Source: a virus. Taken from it: a DNA stretch of 64,000 bases. The stretch lies in the IMG/VR virus record IMGVR_UViG_3300042290_000544, one strand, 5' to 3'. Positions 43,617 through 52,976 of this stretch are shown one piece after another. Within the stretch, counting starts at the first letter, position 1, and each line of letters begins with the position of its first letter. Made by a program: the position numbers and the translations under genes. The notes under the pieces were generated by a model. The model was not told the DNA's origin. It did not search any database and worked only from the letters and a program-made list of their open reading frames with translations.

Positions 43617-44063
43617 TTATTCGAATTTGACAAATTCCCAGGTAATACCTGCTTCAGCGAACATCTGCTGAGTTAGATTCCACGAGTCTTGCCACGTTGC
43701 AGGTATTTCCTGGTATGGCATAACAATGTTTTTAATTCCAACTTGGATGATGCCTTTTGCACATTCAGAGCAAACTGGCAATCCATGTACAAACAAAATG
43801 GATCCATCGAGCGAGACGCCACTATAACTTGCGTTATAGATGGCATTCATTTCCGCATGGACCACATATTTGTACTTCGTCGGACGATCAGCATACCGAT
43901 CCGGCGTATCTTGGATTCCGCGTGGGAAACCATTATACCCCTGAGCTAGTACCTGCCCCTTTGGCCCAATAATCACACAGCCGATTTTAGTGGAAGGATC
44001 TTTCGACCATCCAGCAATCTCGCGTGCCAATTTAAGGTAACGACCTTTCCACTTATTATCCAT
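43617..44063 (-). CDS. cd: dCMP deaminase
   Basis: SKDPST, GYNG.PRG, HAEMNA, PVCSECAK. Confidence 0.92.
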   Translation of the reverse strand: MDNKWKGRYLKLAREIAGWSKDPSTKIGCVIIGPKGQVLAQGYNGFPRGIQDTPDRYADRPTKYKYVVHAEMNAIYNASYSGVSLDGSILFVHGLPVCSECAKGIIQVGIKNIVMPYQEIPATWQDSWNLTQQMFAEAGITWEFVKFE

Positions 44064-44733
44064 TAATAAGTGCGAAGTGCCGTTCATAGACGTGGAGCGA
44101 GCCGACGTGCCAGATGAGGTCTCCCATTTCATAATTATTTTCTCCGAGTGTGTTTAGATCTTGCAGAAGTCGGGTTTGTACTACGTGTTGCCAGGCACGA
44201 TCATTTTTATAACCGAAGACGACATCGTTGCTTCGCATTTGAACGATGGCGTGAAGTTTATTGGCTCGAATAAAATACTGCACAGCATTCGTGCACATGA
44301 AATCGGAACAACCATCTTCGCAATAATGCCGGTGCATCTCTGGCCGAGTGTAAATCATTATAGCTCTGCGACTATTTGGATTTGCGATAAGCTCATTTCG
44401 CGCAGAATTAAATTGTTTATGATTGGTTTCTGAGTAGATGCACCAACCGTAGTTTGAGTTAATCCGGCCATCTTTTGTTGCGACTTGTTTCCAGATCTTA
44501 GGAGCACCGCCAGGAATATCATTGACGTTCAGAGACTGGGAATCATACCATTGAAGTTCAGCATTGATGTACTCGTAATTAAGTTTGCCAAAGATGGATT
44601 CTTCATCTGCAAAAAATGATGCGCCACACAACTCGAGGGTTTTAACGCCGCTCTTGTCTGTCACATAGGCACCGTTCGCTAGAGCATCTTTAAAATGCTG
44701 ACGAATATCATTAACTCTGGGTAGTGTCATCAT
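44056..44733 (-). CDS. 42: dCMP hydroxymethylase (T4 gp42-like thymidylate synthase homolog)
   Basis: INSNYGW, SDFMCTN.VQY.IR, MRSNDVVFGYKND (Asp specificity residue), GSLHVYERHF. Confidence 0.8.
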   Translation of the reverse strand: MMTLPRVNDIRQHFKDALANGAYVTDKSGVKTLELCGASFFADEESIFGKLNYEYINAELQWYDSQSLNVNDIPGGAPKIWKQVATKDGRINSNYGWCIYSETNHKQFNSARNELIANPNSRRAIMIYTRPEMHRHYCEDGCSDFMCTNAVQYFIRANKLHAIVQMRSNDVVFGYKNDRAWQHVVQTRLLQDLNTLGENNYEMGDLIWHVGSLHVYERHFALING

Positions 44734-45073
44734 TGCGAGTAGAAGAAATTTTGCGGTTAAGGAAGTCGCGGTCTTTGGATTGTCCGTCAATGCCGCCGCG
44801 GCAGAATGAAACAAAGAAAGACGAATAGTTGATTAGATCTTTTGCAGAATCTTGGAGAGACTCGAAGTTAGGAGCATAGCTAGGATCAAATTCCATTGCC
44901 TCAAGAACACTACGCATGCGCAGTACTTTTGTGTTCATGACGTCAAGGATTGACGCAGCCCCGCGGGGGTAATAATCAGCCTGCCGAATAGTGCTATTCG
45001 CATTCTGGTAATCATTGGACTTTTTGAGTTGCAGATCTGCACACTCTTGGAGGACTTTGATGGATTCTTTCAT
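44711..45073 (-). CDS. Nucleotide-modification-associated alpha-helical protein
   Basis: KKSNDY...K..R...ESL.DS..DLINY. Confidence 0.7.
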   Translation of the reverse strand: MKESIKVLQECADLQLKKSNDYQNANSTIRQADYYPRGAASILDVMNTKVLRMRSVLEAMEFDPSYAPNFESLQDSAKDLINYSSFFVSFCRGGIDGQSKDRDFLNRKISSTRNDDTTQS

Positions 45074-45114
45074 AATAAAGAGACAATTATACGCTAGTTA
45101 TAGTAGTTTGTAAA

Positions 45115-45558
45115 TCACAATTTTTTAGTTAATTTAGGACGTTCGCCATCCCAACCCGTGCCATTCCAGTTCCATATTCCATAGAATTCGTACTCGTCAG
45201 AATCTAAAGGATTTAGGAAAATGTAAATTCGCCTTGCCACCGGAATACCTCGGGCAATTTTATCTTCCATTCCTTCCAATACGCCCCTCCGATTTGCAGC
45301 GCAGGTTATAACTTTCACATCGATTGGCGTGATGCCATCAGGCTCATACAGATCTCTGTATTTTCGATCGTCATCCACGTAACCTTGCGACATGAGCCAG
45401 AGCTCAGCGTAATGACCACGTAGGCATTGTTTCAAAATTTCATTAAACGTACGATTCTGATGCACTGCAGGACTCGGATCCTCATGGATCCGTTTTGCTT
45501 CCTTGAAGGCGCGGGAATATAACGACTGTTGGTCGATATCGGATTTCTTAAAAGTCAT
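45115..45558 (-). CDS. Hypothetical protein, possible PD-(D/E)XK fold
   Basis: G..AE...D...IDVK. Confidence 0.5.
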   Translation of the reverse strand: MTFKKSDIDQQSLYSRAFKEAKRIHEDPSPAVHQNRTFNEILKQCLRGHYAELWLMSQGYVDDDRKYRDLYEPDGITPIDVKVITCAANRRGVLEGMEDKIARGIPVARRIYIFLNPLDSDEYEFYGIWNWNGTGWDGERPKLTKKL

Positions 45559-45986
45559 AGTTTTTGATATTTGCGGGCTGAACTTAAAGCTTGCATTTCT
45601 GACAAAAGACTAGGTTCGTCAATTTCGTGGAGGAGTTTCATGTCCGCAATATTGTAACATACCGACACTCGCTTGAGTCCTTCGCGATCCTCGCCGCCCA
45701 CGTATTCCATATCATATTTTGATTTATTGGTGCACTCGTAGACGCGAATATACTTCGAATCGTCATAATCGATAAAAATGAGTTTAGCCGTGTCTGTGAT
45801 GCATTCAACAGTTCCCTTTGAGTTTGGATTGACCGTCATGCAATTGCCAAAGGTTTTGCTCGTATGCCGATTCTGAATTCTCACATCGTAATCAGTCCGT
45901 AGTTGCCGAGTTGAAAGATTTGCCACTTTTCCAAAAAGATTTAAACCCAGAAGGTGAAGCTTTTTGCTTTTGATTGTATGATTCAT
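45555..45986 (-). CDS. Hypothetical protein
   Basis: Behind a promoter cassette at 45990-46055. Confidence 0.6.
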   Translation of the reverse strand: MNHTIKSKKLHLLGLNLFGKVANLSTRQLRTDYDVRIQNRHTSKTFGNCMTVNPNSKGTVECITDTAKLIFIDYDDSKYIRVYECTNKSKYDMEYVGGEDREGLKRVSVCYNIADMKLLHEIDEPSLLSEMQALSSARKYQKL

Positions 45987-46074
45987 ACTGATATCCTACA
46001 TCAATCTCTCAGAAAGTAAAACAATAAGAATGTCCTAAGTTATTGATTATCAATGCTTCTTAAATGGTTGCCTA

Positions 46075-47025
46075 TCAAAGCATTACACTCTTGTAGGCAA
46101 ACTCAATGGCACGTTCAGCTTCCGCGTTTAACGGCCGTTTCTGATAAAGCCTAGAGGTATCGCTATCAAGACTACGGATCATTTCCGCAATCTGCGATGC
46201 AGTGATCGGGTATTTTCGCTTTACTGCATTGCACGCAATACTCGACATGATTTTGTAGATCATGCGGTATCTTCCAGAGCCATCAATCGATGAGATTGCC
46301 TTATACTCGTTGATCAACTTTTTATTCACGAAAGGACAATCTGTGTAGGATGACCAACTCACCGCAGTATTGTTCATCTCTCCTTTTCGATAATTTAGAA
46401 TTTCTTTCTGAATATTAGGCGGAAGCTTATCAATGAAACTCCGAGATGGTTTTTCGCTGAACGGATGCAGCGCCATAATCTGATCTGGATCCATGACCTC
46501 GCCAGACCGAGCCATAATGAAATTATCAGCATGGGGGTACTGAGCGGGCACGTAATACATCCGGCTCAGATCCTTGGTCTGCTCATCCGCCATAGAATTA
46601 AAATGCTTATTCAGAGCATACCAAAAATGACGAATCTTATCCGGAGGTACTTCCTTGTTCAATTGGAAGACGATTCGAAACTTCTTTTTGTCTGGGCGAG
46701 ATGACGCAGTCGAATAACAAATATGGTTGTACTGAGAATATACCTTCACTGCATCTGCAAAAGAGCATTCATATTCATCTACGTCTAATGCAGCCCAGCC
46801 ACCCCAGGACGTCACATTGGCATTAGATCTTGTTCCACCTTTGGCATAGACGGCAGGGGAAATGAGAGAAGATGATTTCTTCGTCTCGCCCTTTTTAGCC
46901 TTATAGCCGGGCAATCTTGAAAGCGTAAAAAGCAACTTTTCGAAGTCGGCCCAAGATTTACAGACTACTAACTTGTCCGTCTTATTGTCAAAGACGGAAT
47001 TAAATACTGTAAGTGAATAGTTCAA
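46075..47025 (-). CDS. Primase-polymerase (AEP)-like protein
   Basis: SPA.Y, R...NV, ALDVD, YSTAS, KFRIVF, KDLSRMYY.P. Confidence 0.65.
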   Translation of the reverse strand: MNYSLTVFNSVFDNKTDKLVVCKSWADFEKLLFTLSRLPGYKAKKGETKKSSSLISPAVYAKGGTRSNANVTSWGGWAALDVDEYECSFADAVKVYSQYNHICYSTASSRPDKKKFRIVFQLNKEVPPDKIRHFWYALNKHFNSMADEQTKDLSRMYYVPAQYPHADNFIMARSGEVMDPDQIMALHPFSEKPSRSFIDKLPPNIQKEILNYRKGEMNNTAVSWSSYTDCPFVNKKLINEYKAISSIDGSGRYRMIYKIMSSIACNAVKRKYPITASQIAEMIRSLDSDTSRLYQKRPLNAEAERAIEFAYKSVML

Positions 47026-47426
47026 TCTGTGAAAATGGGTCCAAGCAATCCTACGTTATCTGCATGAGATGGCGCAGTCCAACCTTGAGGCTTGATTAGA
47101 TCTGGAAGACCTAATGGATTTGGCCGAGACTCTTTCACTCCTACTTGTTTAGTGATGTTGGCTTCATATACTGCAGCCCAGGCTTTTTCAGAATCAACGT
47201 CAAAGGCGTCAAGCGTACCGATTGCAACAACGCAAAGATCAATGAGCGCATCAACCACATCATCGGCGTTGTCTGCCTTTTTCATTTCATCGAGTTCTTC
47301 TTGCAAGAATTTAATGCGAAACTCTAGGAAAGCTTTAAGCTTTTCTTTGTCGAATTCACGTACAATTGGATTTACTCCAAATTTGCGATGCATATATTCA
47401 ATGTCATGTACCCAATTAGTTTTCAT
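47022..47426 (-). CDS. MazG-like NTP pyrophosphohydrolase
   Basis: LQEELDE, VDALIDL, V..AN..K, DLIKP.GW. Confidence 0.8.
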   Translation of the reverse strand: MKTNWVHDIEYMHRKFGVNPIVREFDKEKLKAFLEFRIKFLQEELDEMKKADNADDVVDALIDLCVVAIGTLDAFDVDSEKAWAAVYEANITKQVGVKESRPNPLGLPDLIKPQGWTAPSHADNVGLLGPIFTD

Positions 47427-47464
47427 AAGTTAATAATAATTTAGCTGACGTTTATTGTAAACAC

Positions 47465-49990
47465 TTAAGTGAAGAATTCTTCAAGATTCGAGGTTTTTTC
47501 CATGGTCCATCCAATAGAATCAAAGATAATAGATAAAGGATCCAGGAAGGTTTTCTGAAATTGAAGATCGTGATCAATATATCTATGCAGACCTAATTCT
47601 TTTGGGAGACCATCTACGAAAGAAATTACATTTTCTTGCATCGGGTTTGGAGTTTTGAGATAGATGAATTTGATTTTATCACCGCTACGAATTAGCTGAT
47701 GCTTTTTTTGAAGGCTGCGCTTCACGATCTGATCGTTAAAAAGCAAGCATCCGCGAACATGGATCGGAGTTCCTTTCTTGTAAATTCCGCCTTCCGCCCT
47801 GTTCGAATATCCCGAAACATCCGATGCTCCACGGGGGAATGCAATCTCTTCTGGAGGTAATGAAATAAAGTTTTCGCGGATTTTAACAATTTCAAGTTGA
47901 GCTTCAGCTTCAGATTTTGTCATAATGACCTCGAACATTTTCTTTAACCCATCACGGCATACTGCCGGAGTTGAAGATTTTACTGCTTCGATTCCCATGA
48001 TCTTAATCTTAGGTTTGGAGTATTGAACACCTTCATTGTTGTGAACATTCAGGATATATCGTTTCTTTGCTGTCCAAATACCACGATCCGCAATTGCCTC
48101 GCGTTTCATTCCCATACGATTTGTTGGACAGAACATGGTCTTCGACAACAGCTCATATGATGCGGTTAGCATAGGCTCGATAGCCTTTGCACAAAATTCA
48201 TCCAAGAACTTAACGGGATTCTTAGGAGCAAAGCTTTGAACGATTGGATCCATTGAAACATACAATGAGTCAGTATCGATAGCGATAACGTAATCTTTGT
48301 CTTTCGATTTAAGAGTCTTATTTAGGAAACGATTTACTTCCTTTTCAGCCCAGCGGATTGCTAATTGGCCCGATAGAGTTGTCGCCTCGGCAATTCGCAT
48401 ATCGAAATACCGAAAGTACTGATTGCCCAGGGCGCCGTAGAGTGAGTTGAGAAGAATTTTAACTGCAATCTGTTGATTCTCGAGGCGAGAGATTTCTCGT
48501 TCGCATCTAAAATACTCAACCTTGTTACCCTTGTCGATAGTCTCGAGCCGCTTCTTTTCCTGAAGCATGGCTTTCTTTAGGATAACACGCTTGTCATAGA
48601 TCTCAGTAATGATTCGAGGGATTACACCGACTTTGTCCGTACGAAAATGGACGCCATTTGCAGCCATGATGGTTCCGGGCATATGAGGTTCAAATGGCAC
48701 ATCATTCAGGATTACATCGGGTGAAATACCTGGAGTCGTCTCAGACGTGATCGTCTCGGGTGACATGTTGTATTGGATGATGAGATTCGGATACAGAGAA
48801 TTTAAGTCGAATGAACAAACCCAATTATGTAGACCCACTTTTGGTTCTTTCACATAACCGCCCGGATAATCAGCCTTAAAGTTTTTAACAGATGGGGGGA
48901 TCGCAATTGCCTTACGAGCAAGATCTCGATAGATAATCGAATCCCAGATTGCCGTAGTTCCAAGCGTATCGTTATAATTTACACCGCCGATGTAGGCGAG
49001 AGTGAGAACTAAAGTAATGAGACCTAGTTTGTCTTCGAGACGATCCACGATCTCAACGTCTTTGATGTTGTAATCCACGAAGGTTTGATAGTTCTCTTCG
49101 TAAAGATTGTGCAGAGAACCATATTCTTCGTAGGACAGTTTTCCATCTCCAAGAACAACGTGTGCAATATGGCCCAACTTATAGGACTCCTGATTGCCAT
49201 ACGTGTGAGTCGTAAACTTTTTAAACAGATCCATGTAGTCCAGCTGAGCGATGCCGGTAATCTCGTAGATCTTCATCGGACGACCTTTAATCACGGTCTC
49301 TTTAGGTTCTACTTTGCCAAAAGGCGAAAGTAGATTTACGGTCCCCTGACCACATATTGAAATGATTCGATTCACGATATATGGAATATCGAAGCCGCGG
49401 CTATTCCACCCCGTGATAATGTCAGGATTGTTTTTTGGCATGGCGAACCAAGTTACAAAATCTAACATCATCGTTCGCTCATCGACGAATTGACGGTATT
49501 CGACTTGAGAATGAATTAGCTTTTTATCAGCATCATACGGTTTTGTACCCCATACGTAATATACGTCATCAATGCTATTTTTAACCGTAATGGTAATAAT
49601 TTCGTGCAGCGCATCTTCGGGCTTTGGAAAGCCGTCATTCGACATTACCTCGATGTCAAGCGTGGAAACATTAATGACATTGCGATCGAAGTGGATTTCA
49701 TCCGGAAAACGCTCTTGAATAAATTGAGCAACATAGCGAGTATTTCCATAGATCTTAAAGGATTCAAGGTTCTCGTAAGGAGCCATGAATTCTTTAGCAT
49801 CTTTCATCGAATCAAACTTCATAGGCTCAACCGGAGTGCCATCCAGCGCAGTCCAGATGGTTTTCTCATGCTTTGAAGGGAGATACATGGTGGGCTTGAA
49901 CTTCACACGTTCGGTTACGCGCTTACCGTTATTATAACCTCGGTAAAGGATATGCGAACCCCATCTGCTCACATTAGTATAGAATTTCAT
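47465..49990 (-). CDS. 43: Family B DNA polymerase (T4 gp43)
   Basis: DIEV exonuclease, FDLNSLYP, KILLNSLYGA, DTDS, KKRY. Confidence 0.97.
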   Translation of the reverse strand: MKFYTNVSRWGSHILYRGYNNGKRVTERVKFKPTMYLPSKHEKTIWTALDGTPVEPMKFDSMKDAKEFMAPYENLESFKIYGNTRYVAQFIQERFPDEIHFDRNVINVSTLDIEVMSNDGFPKPEDALHEIITITVKNSIDDVYYVWGTKPYDADKKLIHSQVEYRQFVDERTMMLDFVTWFAMPKNNPDIITGWNSRGFDIPYIVNRIISICGQGTVNLLSPFGKVEPKETVIKGRPMKIYEITGIAQLDYMDLFKKFTTHTYGNQESYKLGHIAHVVLGDGKLSYEEYGSLHNLYEENYQTFVDYNIKDVEIVDRLEDKLGLITLVLTLAYIGGVNYNDTLGTTAIWDSIIYRDLARKAIAIPPSVKNFKADYPGGYVKEPKVGLHNWVCSFDLNSLYPNLIIQYNMSPETITSETTPGISPDVILNDVPFEPHMPGTIMAANGVHFRTDKVGVIPRIITEIYDKRVILKKAMLQEKKRLETIDKGNKVEYFRCEREISRLENQQIAVKILLNSLYGALGNQYFRYFDMRIAEATTLSGQLAIRWAEKEVNRFLNKTLKSKDKDYVIAIDTDSLYVSMDPIVQSFAPKNPVKFLDEFCAKAIEPMLTASYELLSKTMFCPTNRMGMKREAIADRGIWTAKKRYILNVHNNEGVQYSKPKIKIMGIEAVKSSTPAVCRDGLKKMFEVIMTKSEAEAQLEIVKIRENFISLPPEEIAFPRGASDVSGYSNRAEGGIYKKGTPIHVRGCLLFNDQIVKRSLQKKHQLIRSGDKIKFIYLKTPNPMQENVISFVDGLPKELGLHRYIDHDLQFQKTFLDPLSIIFDSIGWTMEKTSNLEEFFT

Positions 49991-50024
49991 ATTACAATCC
50001 TATCATGTTGTGCGGGTTTGTAAA

Positions 50025-50057
50025 TAAAAAAGAGTGGTGACTGTAAAGCCACCACTC
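50025..50057 (-). terminator. Intrinsic terminator after hsp20
   Basis: GAGTGGTGGC-TTTACA-GTCACCACTC-TTTTTT. Confidence 0.8.
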
Positions 50058-50081
50058 GTACAAGGATCAACTAAGAGTTAA

Positions 50082-50501
50082 TTAGTCCTGAATAAAGGTC
50101 GAGCCAATCTCAATCTTCTTTGGGCGTTCTGATTCTGGAACAACCTTAGTGAGCGGAATCGAAAGAATTCCATTCTTAAGGTCGGCACCTTTTACCCGAA
50201 CGTATTCCGACAGCGTAAAAGTTCTGGTGAACTTACGGGTTGAAATACCCTTGTGATTATAGACGCGGGTGTCTTCCATTTCGCCGCTGACAGTAAGGAT
50301 CGAATCCTTTAGCTGAATGTCGAGGTCCTCCTTAGAGAATCCTGCAACGGCAATTTCCACCAAGAAATTATCGTCATCAAGATAGACGACATTGTGCGGT
50401 GGGTATGTATCCTCTCTTAAGGAGACTCTGTTGAGCTCGTTGAAGAGATGGTCGAAGCCTACAAAGGCCGACCGTGGGAACGTGTATGTATTTCCTGACA
50501 T
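50082..50501 (-). CDS. Small heat-shock protein Hsp20
   Basis: YPPHN, EIAVAGF, HKGIS.RKF.R.F.L, A.LKNGIL. Confidence 0.92.
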   Translation of the reverse strand: MSGNTYTFPRSAFVGFDHLFNELNRVSLREDTYPPHNVVYLDDDNFLVEIAVAGFSKEDLDIQLKDSILTVSGEMEDTRVYNHKGISTRKFTRTFTLSEYVRVKGADLKNGILSIPLTKVVPESERPKKIEIGSTFIQD

Positions 50502-50598
50502 GCTATTTTACCTCCAGTTATGCAAGGTTATGTAATCTCCGACAACCCCAGTTGGGCATTATCGGTCGATGGCGTAATTGCCATCAAATTTATTTATA
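50502..50598 (-). promoter_or_regulatory. Late promoter plus structured 5' UTR (ROSE-like thermometer candidate)
   Basis: TATAAATA, two hairpins, then ACCTT-G-CA pairing with TGGAGGT. Confidence 0.55.
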
Positions 50599-51063
50599 TC
50601 ACTTCGTGTTGCCGATATTGTACTTTGGGAGCAATTCCCAATTAGCTTTATCTCGGTACGGAATGATCTTAATCTGTCTGAGTGGTGCCTTATCCTTGGA
50701 CTGTTCCGAATTTACGATTGAAACCAGACCCCAATCCGAAAGAAGGGTGGCAATGGTATTCCGTCTTTGTAAATCATTTACATTTAGATTGGACGGCTTG
50801 CCATCAAGAAGAAACAGTTCTTTAAAATGCACAATGAAATACCGACCCTGCTTGTGTAGGATATGGCATGATTGGTATAGCTTGTTGGAAGACTTCCGAG
50901 AAGCAACACCAATACGGGTGAGTGTCTCACGAACCTTAAGGAAATCATCCGGCTCATTCAAGGTTATCTCAAGCATCATTGCAGGAGTCCATGCCACAGG
51001 GGTTTCGTCCACGACGGTCCCTTGGATAGGATCAATGCTTTGATTTGGTTGTTGAGCGTCCAC
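50599..51063 (-). CDS. regA: Translational repressor RegA
   Basis: PDDFLKVRETLTRIG, LYQSCHILHKQG.Y.IVHFKELF. Confidence 0.95.
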   Translation of the reverse strand: MDAQQPNQSIDPIQGTVVDETPVAWTPAMMLEITLNEPDDFLKVRETLTRIGVASRKSSNKLYQSCHILHKQGRYFIVHFKELFLLDGKPSNLNVNDLQRRNTIATLLSDWGLVSIVNSEQSKDKAPLRQIKIIPYRDKANWELLPKYNIGNTK

Positions 51064-51427
51064 CTTTAAATAGTCTTTGTTTAAGTTCGTTTAGTTGTTC
51101 GGAACTCAAAATTGTCAAAGCGGATCTAGCCTTTTCATTACTATATCCATAATGTTCTTTAACAATCAAGAGGTCTTCCGATTCAGTTGGTTTGAGCCAT
51201 TTGCTGAATCGTTTATTCCTACTAACTATATTTATAAGATATTCGTATTGGAGCCTCTTGTCCAAGTGATGATTTTGGTTCATCTCATTGGCAAAGCCCA
51301 CGGTATCCGCAAAGTATGAAAGACCTCGATTCACCATAAACGGAAGGTATTGCTTTTCGGCAATATCGTCGACCATGATATTGGTCTTGGTCATGTTGAT
51401 GGAATTAAGGTATTCAAACGGATTCAT
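51032..51427 (-). CDS. 62: Clamp-loader small subunit (gp62)
   Basis: Y.PFMVNR.LS, RFSKW.K, YGYS.EKA. Confidence 0.9.
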   Translation of the reverse strand: MNPFEYLNSINMTKTNIMVDDIAEKQYLPFMVNRGLSYFADTVGFANEMNQNHHLDKRLQYEYLINIVSRNKRFSKWLKPTESEDLLIVKEHYGYSNEKARSALTILSSEQLNELKQRLFKGGRSTTKSKH

Positions 51428-51428
51428 G

Positions 51429-52382
51429 TTATTGCTTCCATTCCGCACACGCCATAAGTTCGGTAATGCACGCCACAAGATTTAACTCATGGTCGGCAAC
51501 GAATGCGTCTTTGTATTGATAATTGGCAAGAATGACCACGATGTTGGGTATGCTGTCGGGATTGGCATGCTCGGTCATATTGTCGTAAATCTTGCGGAAG
51601 ATTGCCGCAGGTTCGGAATCAATGTTATTGACCACCCACGCACGACCAGCCTTGAAGTCCTTGTCCTTAAGAGCCTTGATTAACAGAGTAATGTTTGCAT
51701 CCGAAAGGTTTGCAAGGATACCCTTGTCAATCTTTCCAGAAACCGAATAGCGTTGGCACTCATTGAGCACTCGGCGCCAGTCGGGAGCAAAGCGGAGAAT
51801 GAGTTCGGCAACGACGGCTTGCTCATACTGAATACCTTCCGATTTAAGGATGAATTCAAGACGCTTCAGAAAAGCATTGGCAAGTGATGCCATTTGTTTC
51901 TTGGAAGTATTGAATTCAATTACGGCGCATCGGGAATGAAGTGGTTCAATGACGCGATTCTTAAAGTTACACGTAAGAATGAACCGACAGTTGTTGCTGA
52001 ATTCCTCAATGAAGCCGCGAAGCGCGGGCTGCGTGGAAGATGGATTCAGGTAATCTGCTTCATCTAGGATAATAACCTTGGGTCCTCTGGAGTGCAGAGA
52101 TACCGATGAGGCAAACTGGCGAATCTTGGTACGGAGAACATCAATACCAGATTCTTCCGAGCCGTTAATGATCATATAGTCAAGATCAAGCATGTTGCAC
52201 ATTGCGCGTGCAACTGTTGTTTTACCAAGACCAGCGGTACCAGTGAGCAGCATGTTCTGCATCTCACCAGACTCAACAATGCTCTTAAAGGTCTTTAGAA
52301 GACCCTCTGGAAGGATACAGTCATCAAGTATTTGAGGACGGTACTTTTCAACCCACAAAAATTCATTAGAGTTTGTTAACAT
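51429..52382 (-). CDS. 44: Clamp-loader ATPase (gp44)
   Basis: LWVEKYRP, GTAGLGKTT, LDEADY, PLHSRC. Confidence 0.95.
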   Translation of the reverse strand: MLTNSNEFLWVEKYRPQILDDCILPEGLLKTFKSIVESGEMQNMLLTGTAGLGKTTVARAMCNMLDLDYMIINGSEESGIDVLRTKIRQFASSVSLHSRGPKVIILDEADYLNPSSTQPALRGFIEEFSNNCRFILTCNFKNRVIEPLHSRCAVIEFNTSKKQMASLANAFLKRLEFILKSEGIQYEQAVVAELILRFAPDWRRVLNECQRYSVSGKIDKGILANLSDANITLLIKALKDKDFKAGRAWVVNNIDSEPAAIFRKIYDNMTEHANPDSIPNIVVILANYQYKDAFVADHELNLVACITELMACAEWKQ

Positions 52383-52391
52383 AGGGGTCTA

Positions 52392-52652
52392 TTATACACC
52401 AGTGACAATGGTCTTGTAAACCTCTTTAATCTCCGAAGTTTCATTTTCAAACTCAACCACATTCTGTTTGTGGTACATCATTGCGACCTTACGGAACGTC
52501 TTGGTCGGAAGTTTGTATTTGTCTTCCAGTGCTTTTAGAATCTCACGAATCTGTTCCTTTTGTGTTTGCATCTCCGACATAGCTTCAGAGATTTGATCAA
52601 GGGCGGTGAGGATGGCTTTGCGGTCTTCAGCCGAAGTGGGAATGTTGCTCAT
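52392..52652 (-). CDS. T4 DsbA-like dsDNA-binding protein
   Basis: Size and I...L..KY.LP...RK....YHKQ pattern. Confidence 0.6.
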   Translation of the reverse strand: MSNIPTSAEDRKAILTALDQISEAMSEMQTQKEQIREILKALEDKYKLPTKTFRKVAMMYHKQNVVEFENETSEIKEVYKTIVTGV

Positions 52653-52656
52653 AATA

Positions 52657-52692
52657 AAAAAGTGGTGGGTTCTTTAATGACTGCCCACCAAA
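52657..52692 (-). terminator. Terminator-like hairpin
   Basis: TGGTGGG-N14-CCCACCA-CTTTTTT. Confidence 0.55.
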
Positions 52693-52714
52693 AGTCCGTA
52701 CGGAGTTAGAACAA

Positions 52715-52951
52715 TTACGCTTGAGCCGGAGCTTCTTGCTTTGGCTCTTCAGTTGGCTTCGGAGTGCTTGCCTTTACAAAGGCTTCAAAGCGACTGCGGA
52801 GTGCACCGATTGCGGTGAGTTCTGGACCTTCAAAGGCTCCACGACGGGAGACGATGTCGATCATTTGAACCACTGCGGCAAGGTCATTAAGACCAAGTTG
52901 CGGAGCGGCTGCTGGTTGTTGTTGTTCTGGTATTACTTTGCTGTTGTCCAT
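52715..52951 (-). CDS. Conserved small hypothetical protein
   Basis: L...DL.....IDI.S.RGAF...EL..IG. Confidence 0.75.
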   Translation of the reverse strand: MDNSKVIPEQQQPAAAPQLGLNDLAAVVQMIDIVSRRGAFEGPELTAIGALRSRFEAFVKASTPKPTEEPKQEAPAQA

Positions 52952-52976
52952 ATATGTTTCCTAGGTTATCGACTCC

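Noticed and set aside
44056-44733. Ordinary thymidylate synthase (thyA/td)
   Set aside because: It has the gp42-type Asp and sequence, and thyX is present.
16400-49990. Introns or inteins in nrdA, nrdB, gene 41, uvsX or gene 43
   Set aside because: All are uninterrupted and of normal length.
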